Shown in pieces: positions 34,583-44,339 of a stretch of 64,000 bases of DNA. Under the pieces are notes generated by a model. The model ran no database searches, was not told the origin of the DNA, and saw nothing but the letters and a program-made list of their open reading frames with translations. The first letter of the stretch is position 1; each line of letters begins with the position of its first letter. Both the position numbers and the translations under genes were made by a program. Source of the stretch: Eledone cirrhosa (Eukaryota); the NCBI GenBank assembly GCA_964016885.1, contig OZ024740.1, forward strand, positions 291,834,001 through 291,898,000. The letters are read 5' to 3'.

Positions 34583-36486
34583 CCTTAACTTCAATCCTGT
34601 TTCATTTTGTGACAGTATTATATAGAATAAAGTGTCAAAATATGTTATACATCTATAAACTGATTACTGACACAGTTCCAATACATGCAGATTATTAAAT
34701 ATAGAATGTAATTGAATTAGTGACCTAATCTATAAAAGGGTATAGTAACAATAGCAATTTCAAATAATTGATACTCAAGTAATGATAGCCATTTCAAATA
34801 ACTGATATTCCAGTAATGATAGCCATTTCAAATAATTGATACTCCTATTTGTTTCATTTCTTGATACTATAATATAGTATAAAGTGTCAAAAATTTCTTC
34901 TGCACCAGTACATGCCAGAATGTTTAATTTATTCAGTAGTTTCGACCTTACACTAAATAATTCAATATATAAGATGTAGGTTGTCAATCGCAACACAATA
35001 GATGCCATGAGAATGCCAATTTATTTTTACAACTGCTATCAACTTCTGTCAATTCCTAAAACATTAAACTGAATAATTCTTGGGTTGCCTGTTACAACAG
35101 AAAGCATTGAACATATCCTCAAAGACAATCTGTACAATTATCTATAATATTAAGGTGGTTCAATGAAGTTGAGATACAAATAAAGCATTAAGTTATATCA
35201 AAAAATTGCTTGGGTATACTGCGATTGACATACACAATGCCATGTTCAGCATATTTTTTATCAGCTAGATTGTAAAACTTTGAAGAAGTAATCAAAGTAC
35301 CATGCTCTGTTGTCTGGTGGTCTCTAAGAAAACTAGGTGTAGATGTAAATGATTAGCTTATGAAAGTGATGCAGTCAGCAAAGTAAGAGTAGGCAATGAA
35401 TTTAGTGCACAGGTAGATGGTCATCAAGGCTAGTCTTTCAGCCCTCTCTTGTTTATTGCAGTTCTCCAGGCCATAACAGAAGGGTCTAAGACTGGTTGTC
35501 CATGAGAGCATCCAGTACTTATAGCTGAATATGAGGAAGATTTAGAGAAGAAATTCAAGACATGGAAACAAAACTTTGGAATGAAAAACTTCTCAATTAA
35601 CTCCGCAAAGATTAAGAAAGACATGATCTTGCAACCACCAGGGAAATCTTTAGAAACCAAAAAAGTCTTGGTATTTATAACTACAATACACTTCAATTTG
35701 TTTGATTTATCATCATCATTAAGTATGTTTGGTCTCTAATTCCTGAATGTATACATAGTACTAGATTGAATTGAAACTATGAAACCTTTTAGATTTCTAA
35801 ATATATGTGATCTGTAGTCAATACAATAGTAATATATGTGGTCTGTAGTCAATACAATAGTAATATATGTGGTCTGTAGTCAATACAATAGTAATATATG
35901 TGGTCTGTAGTCAATACAATAGTAATATATGTGGTCTGTAGTCAATACAATAGTAATATATGTGGTCTGTAGTCAATACAATAGTAATATATGTGGTCTG
36001 TAGTCTAATGTGCCTCAATACAATAGTAATACACTTCATTACAAGAGTTACATTGAAATTATAGCTATGGACATATAACTCGTAATGGAATTCTAGGGGT
36101 GCCCTAGTGACATACAGAACCTGATGGAACCCATCCCCTCCAGGTCTGAACAAAGCAGATTTCTTCCAGAGAACAAGAGAGAGTGACATAGAGGAAGAAT
36201 TGACCCCTGCACTGGATGGTACCTTTTTACTGACCTTGAAAGGATGAATTTTGAAGTGGGAGCATAGAGCTGGAACAAATACCATAAAGCATTCTATCTG
36301 ATGTTCTAACAGCTCTCCCAATTCACAATATACATTGAATTTAGGAAACAGCATTAGAAAATAATTAACATACCTAAAGGTTGCATCTAGCTGTTGTGCA
36401 GCTGTTGCAGCCGCCAGATACACTGGATACTGTGTAGATGGCGACCATGCCACATTTGCAGTTCGATCAATTTCTTTTACTTTCAT
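589..36486 (-). CDS. SEC31A: Protein transport protein Sec31 (COPII outer coat); multi-exon span, 23 coding exons in window, 3' end lies beyond the left edge
   Basis: Manually spliced GT-AG exons keep frame across all junctions (3273 nt, 1091 codons). N-terminus [16 protein letters not shown]...[10 protein letters not shown]40 repeats ([46 protein letters not shown]), KPPKW/FGFGGKL insertion blade, ACE1 solenoid ([30 protein letters not shown]), Pro/Gln-rich region and WNDPP motif. Confidence 0.96.
1572..1663 (-). CDS. SEC31A: Sec31 coding exon 22 (PNSYQ...[11 protein letters not shown])
   Basis: 92 nt, phase 2-1. Confidence 0.85.
1749..2835. repeat. 15-bp minisatellite (about 70 units, AGGTAGAATCACTCY variants)
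   Basis: Direct periodicity; gives rise to the spurious VILPR/VALLG ORF. Confidence 0.95.
2836..3070 (+). mobile_element. RTE LINE (family A) 3' fragment
   Basis: Matches 7300-7460 (CAGCTCCAATACTATGGGCATGTGGTTAGA...); related fragments at ~3270-3490, 13315-13470, 21725-22030, 26275-26490(-), 57180-57310. Confidence 0.85.
3512..3647 (-). CDS. SEC31A: Sec31 coding exon 21 ([11 protein letters not shown]...QNYP)
   Basis: 136 nt, phase 1-2. Confidence 0.85.
3969..4158. repeat. Imperfect fold-back / MITE-like inverted repeat (~70-bp arms)
   Basis: AATGCAGAAAATAACT...TTGAGAAAATT pairs with AATTTTCTCAA...AGTTATTTTCTGTATT. Confidence 0.7.
4354..4519 (-). CDS. SEC31A: Sec31 coding exon 20 (Pro/Gln/Ser-rich)
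   Basis: 166 nt, phase 0-1, donor AAG|GTAAGT. Confidence 0.85.
4878..5060 (-). mobile_element. tRNA-derived SINE with Nin-like central domain (young subfamily)
   Basis: Minus strand shows A box TGGCAGTATCGG, a B box and GCCTTTC.TCCTTACGGGGTCGATAAAAT; near-identical copies elsewhere in the window. Confidence 0.85.
5610..5910 (-). mobile_element. Second SINE family fragment with an internal triplication
   Basis: GGCTGAGCATTCCACAGAC...GTGTGACAAAGCTGGCC..TTGAATTACAGG; copies at ~10840, 23380, 29800, 31560, 47150, 49740. Confidence 0.7.
5920..7460 (+). mobile_element. Degenerate RTE-clade LINE (family A, Rex3/Expander-like) RT region
   Basis: Frameshifted pieces: [54 protein letters not shown]. 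Confidence 0.92.
7802..8137 (-). CDS. SEC31A: Sec31 coding exon 19 (MKDRLFHAL...Gln-rich region)
   Basis: 336 nt using donor CAG|GTCAAA; an alternative in-frame donor would end the exon at 7787. Confidence 0.82.
8307..8477 (-). CDS. SEC31A: Sec31 coding exon 18 ([13 protein letters not shown]...[11 protein letters not shown])
   Basis: 171 nt, ACE1 core. Confidence 0.92.
9074..9282. mobile_element. piggyBac-type MITE (TTAA-CCCTTT...AAAGGG-TTAA)
   Basis: TTAA target duplication with CCC/GGG termini; related copies at ~20.9, 25.6, 27.4, 37.5 and 52.8-53.6 kb. Confidence 0.8.
9311..9453 (-). CDS. SEC31A: Sec31 coding exon 17 (DSLGTRLE...[16 protein letters not shown]...SLQ)
   Basis: 143 nt, ACE1 core. 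Confidence 0.92.
10554..10680 (-). CDS. SEC31A: Sec31 coding exon 16 ([10 protein letters not shown]...[12 protein letters not shown]...FLC)
   Basis: 127 nt, ACE1 core. Confidence 0.93.
11150..11182. repeat. (CA)n microsatellite
   Basis: Direct. Confidence 0.9.
11627..11805 (-). CDS. SEC31A: Sec31 coding exon 15 ([23 protein letters not shown]...AIAGG)
   Basis: 179 nt, ACE1 core. Confidence 0.93.
12272..13125. repeat. 30-bp minisatellite, about 24 identical units plus a degenerate tail
   Basis: GGAAATAGTGGTGGAGGTGTTTGGTAATGT; gives rise to the spurious [13 protein letters not shown]. Confidence 0.96.
13527..13695 (-). CDS. SEC31A: Sec31 coding exon 14 ([19 protein letters not shown]...PLTISTNS)
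   Basis: 169 nt, phase 0-1, which joins correctly to the next exon. Confidence 0.87.
13840..14236. repeat. ~45-bp minisatellite (about 9 units), resuming at 15407-15475 after a LINE insertion
   Basis: TGAGATCTACCAATGTACCCCACTGTTAGTTTGT... units. Confidence 0.9.
14237..15406 (-). mobile_element. 5'-truncated CR1-clade LINE with an open RT C-terminal frame
   Basis: [56 protein letters not shown]...WNKLP; (TAT)n 3' tail at 14237-14253. Confidence 0.93.
16422..16484 (-). CDS. SEC31A: Sec31 coding exon 13 ([21 protein letters not shown])
   Basis: 63 nt, phase 0-0, TTCCAG acceptor and AAG|GTACTC donor; low-complexity linker, so support is weaker. Confidence 0.7.
16569..18168 (-). mobile_element. 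5'-truncated RTE LINE (family B) with a PHD finger inside the RT; (ATG)n tail
   Basis: [23 protein letters not shown]4HC3 finger, [20 protein letters not shown]. Confidence 0.93.
18391..19817 (+). mobile_element. 5'-truncated RTE LINE (family B) with a PHD finger; one in-frame stop; (GAT)n tail
   Basis: ORFs 18391-19185 and 19189-19515 are in the same frame; motifs match the 16569-18168 copy. Confidence 0.93.
20143..20226 (-). CDS. SEC31A: Sec31 coding exon 12 ([28 protein letters not shown])
   Basis: 84 nt, phase 0-0, strong splice sites; variable linker. Confidence 0.82.
20929..21405. mobile_element. Nested piggyBac-type MITEs (inner element 21039-21265)
   Basis: Outer and inner TTAACCCTTT / AAAGGGTTAA pairs; the inner 18-bp ends match with one mismatch. 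Confidence 0.8.
23002..23076 (-). CDS. SEC31A: Sec31 coding exon 11 ([25 protein letters not shown])
   Basis: 75 nt, acceptor TTTCAG, donor GTAAGT; matches the conserved NFE..R..L.LLGY motif. Confidence 0.92.
23714..23905. mobile_element. Tc1/mariner (pogo/Tigger-like) MITE
   Basis: TA-CAG.TAAAATTCCGTTATAA ... TTATAATGAAATTTCACTG-TA. Confidence 0.7.
24111..24362 (-). CDS. SEC31A: Sec31 coding exon 10 (FGGKLITF...VYISQVITE...NIWMFLK)
   Basis: 252 nt, AG/GT bounded. Confidence 0.92.
26041..26163 (-). CDS. SEC31A: Sec31 coding exon 9 ([18 protein letters not shown])
   Basis: 123 nt, donor GTAAGA; start of Sec13 domain-invasion blade. Confidence 0.92.
27807..27959 (-). CDS. SEC31A: Sec31 coding exon 8 ([30 protein letters not shown])
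   Basis: 153 nt, last WD40 repeat. Confidence 0.93.
29399..29510 (-). CDS. SEC31A: Sec31 coding exon 7 ([30 protein letters not shown])
   Basis: 112 nt, donor GTAAGT. Confidence 0.93.
30529..30671 (-). CDS. SEC31A: Sec31 coding exon 6 ([33 protein letters not shown])
   Basis: 143 nt, conserved Sec31 WD40 repeat. Confidence 0.93.
32047..32184 (-). CDS. SEC31A: Sec31 coding exon 5 ([11 protein letters not shown]...[19 protein letters not shown])
   Basis: 138 nt, donor GTAAGT. Confidence 0.93.
32385..32715 (-). mobile_element. Old RTE LINE 3' fragment
   Basis: [24 protein letters not shown]. Confidence 0.8.
32962..33057 (-). CDS. SEC31A: Sec31 coding exon 4 ([32 protein letters not shown])
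   Basis: 96 nt, donor GTAAGT. Confidence 0.93.
33323..33521 (-). CDS. SEC31A: Sec31 coding exon 3 (FYKVLWG...[14 protein letters not shown])
   Basis: 199 nt, AG/GT bounded, WD40 motif. Confidence 0.93.
33628..33960. repeat. Minisatellite, ~24-28-bp units (GAGTTAGATGAGCTGTCATGTTATACAT)
   Basis: Direct periodicity, about 12 units. Confidence 0.9.
34046..34135 (-). CDS. SEC31A: Sec31 coding exon 2 ([13 protein letters not shown]...PSEHR)
   Basis: 90 nt, AG/GT bounded, phase 2-2. Confidence 0.92.
34205..34432. repeat. Fold-back / MITE-like inverted repeat
   Basis: GGTACAATGTGGTAGAAAAATACAAAGGGCAAATGA pairs with TCATTTGCCCTTTGCATTTTTGTATCACATTGTACC. Confidence 0.8.
35310..35590 (+). mobile_element. 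Highly decayed RTE family B RT fragment
   Basis: Nucleotide similarity to 18400-18620 (CAGGCCATAACAGAAG..TAAGACTGGTTGTCCATG; GAGAAGAAATTC). Confidence 0.7.
35801..36030. repeat. 31-bp minisatellite, about 7 units
   Basis: ATATATGTGGTCTGTAGTCAATACAATAGTA. Confidence 0.93.
36374..36486 (-). CDS. SEC31A: Sec31 coding exon 1 ([37 protein letters not shown])
   Basis: ATG at 36486; splice acceptor 5 nt upstream (TAAAG|GGACAATG); donor AG|GTATGT. Confidence 0.93.
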
Positions 36487-36654
36487 TGTCCCTTTAAAAG
36501 AATATAGAGAAAGTGAAAAATAGTTATTTATATTATTTCTGTTCAAACTGAAATTTTGTCAAACAAAAAAAAAAAGACATTGTAATTCAGGAAATAATAA
36601 AGCAAGGATAAAACAGAATTAGAGTTTGGTTAAATTCAGTTCTTTTATTAAATC

Positions 36655-37168
36655 ATCCTCATCGTTATCTTATGTCTATTTTCCATGCTTGCATGGGTTA
36701 GATGGGCTGTCATGTAATTGAAGCGAGACAGGTCAGATGACCACATCATCCTCATAAAATTTGTTTGGCTTGGCCATTACTTTACAGTGTGTGCTGGGAG
36801 TTTTTTCATGGTACCAACACTACCACCTTACAGGGTGGATTGGGTGCTTTTTGTTTTAGTACCTGCATGACTACTTTACAGGGTGCTTTTTGTCTTGACA
36901 TCAGCATGACCACATTACAAGGTGAACTGGGTGCTTTTTTCTTGGCATCAGCATGACCACCTTACAGGGTGGACTGGGTGATTTCTTTTTGATGGGGCAC
37001 CAGCATGACTACCTTACAGAGTGAACTGGGTGCTTTTTGCCATGGCATTACCATGATCACCTTACAAGGTAAACTGGGTGCTTTTTGTCATGGCATCAGC
37101 ATGGCTACTTTACAGAGTGAACTGGGTGTTTTTTGTTGTGGGACCAGCATGATCACCTTACAGAGTGA
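36655..37168 (-). mobile_element. RTE family B 3'-UTR-derived element with an expanded ~43-bp internal tandem array
   Basis: About 9 units of ACCTTACAGGGTGGACTGGGTGCTTTT...GGCA.CAGCATG; related elements at ~12.0, 15.9, 22.3, 31.0 and 55.7 kb. Confidence 0.8.
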
Positions 37169-38284
37169 ATATTTGTAGTAATTTTTAATATATTGAACTG
37201 TTACTAATAAAGAAGTAAATAGAAGGAAAGGAACATAAATGTAAAACAGCTGATAATGAAGGTGGTAGAGAGAACAACTACTGTACAGACTGAGTAAATT
37301 AGGCAAGATATAGTGTAGATTGGTTTCATGATATACAACCACAGGGTATATGGTTTTAGTGAGTCAGATTCTGAGCTATGTAACAAAATTAACATTCTAC
37401 ATAAGTAGACAGAGCAACATGTTCTGAAGTACACTGGTTAATGAAAGAATTTGTCATGAAGAAATTGTTATAAGCTATAAGACAAATGAACGTTGAATGA
37501 GGAATAGCAACCCGGTTAAAACCGGCTCTGGTTCTATGAAAGAAACTTACTCATTTCAAAAGGTTCCTATTTAAATTAAAATCTTCCAGCATGATTTTAT
37601 TTAAGAACCATATGTTAAGTTACTGTCATAACAATAAATAATTTTAGAAAGACAGAAATGAAATGGTAAACAGCCACCCAGTTTAACATTACCACTTGAA
37701 AGTTTAGCAGAATCCATTTTGTTGCAAGCATTCAAACCAGGTCACTAGTCTGAGGATGACTTCCTCCTACCAGTTTCAGAATCCCTTAAAAAGGTCATGG
37801 ATGCAGACCTTTCCTCTAAGTAATAAAAACAATTTAAAAAAAAAAACACTTTTCAATTTTGATTTTGAAGCCCTTATAAACAAATTTGATGTGAGTTCCT
37901 GCAGAGATTCTAAGTGTAAACAACATAAATTTGAATGTATAATACATGAATGTGAGAGAAAAGTGTGAATAAAATATTCACTAGTCATTGAGCCAGAAGA
38001 TGCTATGGTTCACATTAAGGTAATAATTAGAAATATAGATAATTAGGTATATGATATATTTATATTTGCACTGTAGCTAATTAATCTTAGCTGGTCAAGT
38101 TGGCACCATATGCAGCTGATGTTTCATAAACATAATAGCATATAAGCTTTAGCTTATTCTTGTCTCAGTACTAAGTGAGTAAATGTCACTGATGACAAAT
38201 AATAATCCAGAAACACGTTTATGATGTTGTCACTGGCTACTGAGATATCAGTGAGATAATCACAGTAAGACTTGTATGCTTATC

Positions 38285-38582
38285 ATTTCATTTTACGTCC
38301 GCTTTTTCCCTGCTTGCAAGGGTGGGACGGGAACTGATTTTGGCTTGATTTCTACAGCTGGATGCCCTTCCTAACACCAACCTCATTTATAGTGAGTGCT
38401 GGGTGCTTTTTTGCCGTGGCACCTGCACGACCACTTTGCAGTGGAATGATATGGACCCCAGTCCCTGTCATCTCATTTCTACAGCTGAGTAAACTGGAGC
38501 AATGTGAAATAAAGTGTCTTGCTCAAGGAAACAACACATCACCCGGTCTGAGAATGCTCTAACCACTAAACCATGTGCCTCC
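38285..38582 (-). mobile_element. SINE with a tRNA-like head and an RTE-B-derived tail
   Basis: Near-identical to 58492-58825. Confidence 0.8.
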
Positions 38583-38681
38583 ATTATATATATATATATA
38601 TATTGCCCCAGCATGGCCTCAGCCGGATGGCTGAAACAGGTAAAAGAGTAAAAGAGTATATATATATATATATATATATAT

Positions 38682-39400
38682 GATACGTGCATACGAACAG
38701 CACTGTTGCATGGTAGTGAGACCTGGGCGTTTTATGCAGAAGACTTGTGTAGATTAGAAAGAAATGAAGCTTGCATACTCTAATGGATGTATAATAGTAA
38801 TATGTGAACGGCAAAGCATAAACGGATTGAGAGAGAGATAAGAGGAATCAAATGCTGTGTGCAGGAGGAGATTACGCTGGTATGGACATGTGATGCACAT
38901 GAAGGATGATAGTTGCATAAAAAGGTGCAGAGCGCTAAAAGTTGATGGAAACCTTGGAGTGGGGAGACCCAAGAAGACCTGGGATGAGATGATAAAAGCT
39001 GCTCTTGCTCAATTGCACCTCTCAAAGGCGATGACGCAGGACCAAGACCTCTGGCGTTACACAGTAATACAGAAGACACGACTTTCCACGGGTACAAGCC
39101 GAAGCTGAAGCATATAGACAGTACGCCCCCACCCCCTTCCCACTGTAAAGTGCTCGTGCAGGTGTCATAACAAAAAATCATCCTGTCCACACTGTAAAAG
39201 GGTTGTGTAGGCACCACAGTAAAAAGCACCCAGTACTCACTGTAAATGATGTTGGTGTTAGGAAGAGCATCCAGCTATAGAAACCAAGCCAAAATCAGTT
39301 CTGTATGAGCAAGACACAGTCATCTGACCTGGCATTGCCCACAACAGGACAACTCGTCTAACCCAAGCTAGCGTGGAAGAATGGACATAAAACGGTGATT
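38682..39400 (+). mobile_element. RTE family B 3' fragment including the 3' UTR
   Basis: [20 protein letters not shown]...GRPKKTW; collinear with 19090-19805. Confidence 0.9.
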
Positions 39401-41705
39401 ATATATATATATTTATAAACATATCATATATGTCTTCATATATACCTCTATTATGAACCATGCTATGTTAGTGCTATAGTTAATTAATAAGGAATATGAA
39501 CATCCAGAGATCAATGCATGCATGGGCCAGTAACTCCCGAAGGAGTCATAGAGGTGCCATATTGATATTTGGCGTTTCTAGGGTATTTTTAAAACCTGGC
39601 GGAGCCCATCTCCTCTCTACGTCTGACTATTGCAGATTTCTTCCAGAGAATGATAGAGAGGGAGATAATGAAAGTGAGAAAGAGATATAGAGGAAGAATC
39701 TACCCAGTGCTAGACTGGTACTTTTTTTAGTGACCTTAAATGGATGAAAAGCAAAGTTGACTTCGGCAGGATTTGAACTCAGAGAGCAGAGTGATGGAAT
39801 GAATACCACAAAGCATTCTAATGACTGCCAAATATGTACCTCCAGAGGTCAATAGTCACACAGAAATTACTCTACATAGTTTACAGGAAGAAAGTATGAA
39901 TTTGAAATAGTTATAAAAGAAGAGCCCTCCCTAGCTAGATGTATCCAGGCTGTCAAAACAAGCAACAGTTGCTTAAGGTTGAAATATATATTTAAGTGTG
40001 AAGAGGAAACCATCTCTCCTCTATGTGGTTGTAATAATGACAGTATCCCACAATAGATCACTTTTGGAAAGTATTCATGAGAATGATGGCAGAGTGAAGT
40101 GGTTTGTTTTCCTAGATGTAAATAAAGTTGACAGTTTAGTATCATTAGCACTTTCAGGACAATATATCAAATGAGTAGATTACCTATGTAACTTATTTTG
40201 CAATATAATCAAAACTTCAAAAGGGCTTAATGAAATATCTAAGATTATATATTGGAGTATTAAAATGGTTTTGACAGATCACATCACAGCATGTGCTGAT
40301 GGAGCTTTTTCTGATATAATCTTAACTTAGGTAAGTCCCAGAATTTGGTTTTGTCTCTCCAACACTCACCTCATATATCTTCTGCTCTTCTTCTTTATCC
40401 ACTTATTCCTGAGAGGGCCGTGGACGCAGAGTCCTCAAACTGAGGATGTTCAAACAGAGTGGATATTGTTCAGCTCTCTCCCCATATATATATATCATAA
40501 ATATATAGTCAATTCAACTGACTATAATATTTACAAACTACAAACATTTAAATCAGAAGCTATCAATATTGATTTCTAAGATAAGCAGAAGGCCACAAAT
40601 TGAGCAGGGTAGTTATGATCAATTAGGCTCTGGTACACAACTGCTATCTTATTTTATCAATTCCAGAAAGATGAAAGGCAAAAATCAATCTCAGATGAAT
40701 TTGAGCGCAGAACATAAAGAGACGCAACAATTTCCCAATGCCCAATGCTCTATTGATTCTGCCAATCACCACTCTGAGAATCTATCAGCATTAATAATAG
40801 TGTGTGACTGATCTCAGCTGTTGATATCCAAGTTATTTTCCATGACAGGCACATATGTTAAGTATTATCATCTCTATGGCAGCTACAATTACACATTAAA
40901 ATGTGTAAAAAAGATAACACATAAGACAAATGAGTACCTTTTGGTGGTGGTAGTGAAGAATACATGCAGTAAAGGGAGACAAAGATGAAGTTACATCAGA
41001 TATATAGTAAAAACAAATTTTAAATATCAGATAAGAAAAATTATGTTTATCAACTCTTTCATAAAGGAAAAACTGACTTTCTAAATTTGATAAAGCACCA
41101 AGTTGATAAATTGTCGCTCTTGCTAATTACTTTAAATTTAAAAGTTGACAAAGAAATGTTTTTAAAAAAATAATATTGGTATTTTCTTAAATGTCAAATA
41201 TGCTTATAATGGTTTCTAACAGTCTCAAATTTACAGAAGGGAGAAGTAATAATTTGTGAGTTCCAAGCCTCTCATAGAAATTAACGATTTAATTGAAGAT
41301 ATAGGGATTAGGTAAAAACTGGCACCTGTTAACAAGGTATGCCTTGTTAACAGGTGCCAGTCGATAAATGAAGTACTAGTTATGTTCTTAGGTGGATTCT
41401 TCCTCTACTTTTCTTTATCACTTTCTCTGTAAGACATCGGCTGTTACGAGCTGGAGAGGGATTGGTTCCGCCAGGTTTAAAATGCCCACACATAATGTGA
41501 AGGTACTGAGACAATTGACACTTCTCATTTGCAATATTCTTCTCTAGTTGAAACTAAATGTTGTTTTTTTAAATTCCTATAAGCATGAGATTACAACTAG
41601 AAGGGATAGTGGTGAACTGACATAATATATTTGCTAGGAACGTGACAAAAGTAAATACCAAAACCAAGATTTCGGTGAAACAGTACTTTGACTACTACTA
41701 GTAAT

Positions 41706-41845
41706 AATTGTTTCTACTTTTGACACAAGCCATTATCCCAGTACATTACCGATGTTTTATTTTATCGACCTCGTAAGGATGAAAAGCAAGGTTAACCTCG
41801 GCGGGATTTGAACTCAGATATTAAAGGGCCGTAATGCCGTGATTT
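41706..41845 (-). mobile_element. tRNA/Nin-like SINE, head truncated
   Basis: Same family as 4878-5060. Confidence 0.8.
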
Positions 41846-42464
41846 ACCACTAGAGCAACGAGTGAAGTAACATCACAAGAAAAACAACAACAAAGAATTA
41901 CCGGGGTTTGCAAAGTAGGGAGATGGGGCAGGTGGTGTCCTAAACATTAACAACAGCATCTATTGGTAGCGAAGATTAACTTTTACAATCTCTTTATTCG
42001 TTCCTGTCATAATATTTGACAAATTAGTAGAGAGCAGTGTTCGTAATCAAATTCGTTTATAAATCAAGTGTTAATAATTCGATACAGCTGATGCCACTTG
42101 TGACTGTATCAGCAATATAGACTGTCAGAATGAATATAAACTTGATCCAAAATATGAAAGGTCTGCATAATAATATGAAGACAGAATTTAGTTCCAAGGT
42201 ATCATTTTAAGGCTTAATTCAAATTAAATTTTATGAAATAAACAGAACCAAAAAGGAATTGCGGGGATAATCTTATTAACCTATTTCAAAAGCAAACACC
42301 AAAGTTCTTCGAGTGTCTTTTTCCTTTTTAAGAGTTTAAATCTAAATAGCCAATATTGGAGGAAGCCATTGAAATTTTTTCCAGAAAATTAATCAAGTAC
42401 TTAACTTATAGATAACAGAAGAAAATAATCTGCTCACTGACATTTTCAATGGAAACACAGATCC

Positions 42465-42465
<1 letters not shown>

Positions 42466-42527
<62 letters not shown>
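42466..42527. repeat. (TA)n microsatellite, about 30 units
   Basis: Direct. Confidence 0.95.
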
Positions 42528-42532
<5 letters not shown>

Positions 42533-42963
42533 ACTCAATTCAACATTTAATGTTTAATTGTAACGTTCTCGGATTAACTGATATCGGAATTAGCTATAAA
42601 CGAAAAGGAAAGAATAAGGATTAAATTGATAGATACTTATTAATTATGATAATCTAAAAACTGCCGAGTTGTTTATTCTTAACTCCCACGCCCATTATAA
42701 TAAATTCTAAACTATATAACTGATTTCTTCGCCAAAATGGAAAATACATGTAACAATTATATAATTAAATTTACATGGAATGAATTTGAAATATGATAAA
42801 GATGTCTAGGTGTATATTGAGAGTAATCACTGACGAAAGGATAAAATAAACATCAATGGATTAAGTGATATTAACGGCCATATTGATAGATCTACATTTG
42901 ACAAGCCGGTTAGTTTTTGTTTTGTTTGATGCTAAATTATCCTTACAGAAGTCAAAAACTTAC

Positions 42964-43120
42964 CGTTGTGTTCAACTGAGAACTGCAAAACTTGATCCTA
43001 TATCAAATAAGTAAAAAACCGAAATAAGTCCAATGACAAAAGAAGCCAACGTGTAAGTGATCAACTACAGTAATGAAGGATATGAAGAACACGTCGTCAA
43101 TAACCAACGTGGCAACTAAA
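42964..43120 (-). promoter_or_regulatory. Probable SEC31 non-coding first exon and promoter with bZIP (CREB3/CrebA-type) ACGT boxes
   Basis: The ATG exon starts with an acceptor, so an upstream exon is required. Strong donor ACG|GTAAGT at 42964, local CpG enrichment, TGCCACGT at 43107-43114 (minus strand). Confidence 0.55.
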
Positions 43121-44107
43121 GTTTAATAAAGCTGAAGAGTTACCATATTAAAGGGGAAGCAACTTACGTAATTAATTAATAGAAGCACTTCAAAGCATTT
43201 TTTTTTTCTTTCTATTTCTTCTATAGAAATGTAGGATAGACATACGTTTGTGTGTTTAATAAACACACGCATACTTATTCTAGCTATGAAAAGTACATAT
43301 TGTTTTTTCGTTCGTAGAAAAAAGGATATCAATTTGACAAATTTCAGTGGTCTTATCGCTTCATGAGCGCTAGGTTACTCATTTTTCTTACATAAGGATA
43401 ATTTAATGAACATCTAATTCTGCAATAAGAGACCTACTGCAGTCGTTTAGCCTACTAGAAATAGCAGCCAAATTTCACTATGAAGGTGCGTGGTTGTTAG
43501 TTCAATTCACGGGCAGGCGTATGGCTTTCGAGTCTTCGTCAATATGCCTGGTTTATCAGGGCTGATATGAGCATAAACAACAATAACTACTACTGATGAG
43601 CCAACGAATACCGTTGGCGTCTTTGTGCTATTACAGTCATGGGCAAACTGCAGCCCGCGAGCTGCATGCTTCCATTTGGCTTTCTGGATAGCTTGCCTAA
43701 TTTCGAAATTGCCTTATGATCAGCGGCATCTCTAACAGGGAAAGGCAAGTTCAGTTTTTCTACGTCTCATGGCTCTCACCAAAGTTTTCCTTGAAAAGGA
43801 AGGTAAGGGAGGTGTTCTCCTCCAGTAAATTTACTAAAAGGTCAGTGAAAGTAGTGAAAATGGCAATGAATCTACTCTCAGCATGTGCCTGTAAGTCAGT
43901 CAATGACAACTGGGTGTGAGCACTCATCCTTGGTGGTCAGGGTGATTGAGGATCAGTGGAGTTCTTCAGTTGGCCTTAGGTATTCAACTTTTTTAAAATC
44001 TTAAAGTTTCATGGAATTTACCCTAATGCCCCAATCACAACTAGTATCACTTTCACATTACTCTCTTGCATTCCAAACAATCTTATCATAATTAATTTGG
44101 AATTTGG

Positions 44108-44310
44108 ATAGTGGCTTGGCAGTATTGGTAGAGTGTCGGACAACGTTCTTGTGACATAGAGCTACTGTCCTTTACATTCTAAGTTCAAATCCTGCCAAGG
44201 TTAGCTTTGTCTTTCATCCTCACGGGGTCAATAAATTAAAGTACTGGAGTTGATTTAACTAACTATTCCCTTCCTCAAAATTGTTGGACTTTTGCCTAAA
44301 TCAGAAACCA
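44108..44310 (+). mobile_element. tRNA/Nin-like SINE (older copy)
   Basis: TGGCAGTATTGGTAGAG A box, AGTTCAAATCC B box, CTTTCATCCTCACGGGGTCAATAAA. Confidence 0.8.
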
Positions 44311-44339
44311 TTATTATTATAATTATTATTTCCATCGAT

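Noticed and set aside
43030-43053. ERSE element (CCAAT-N9-CCACG)
   Set aside because: Spacing is 11 nt and the second half is CCAACG, so it does not match.
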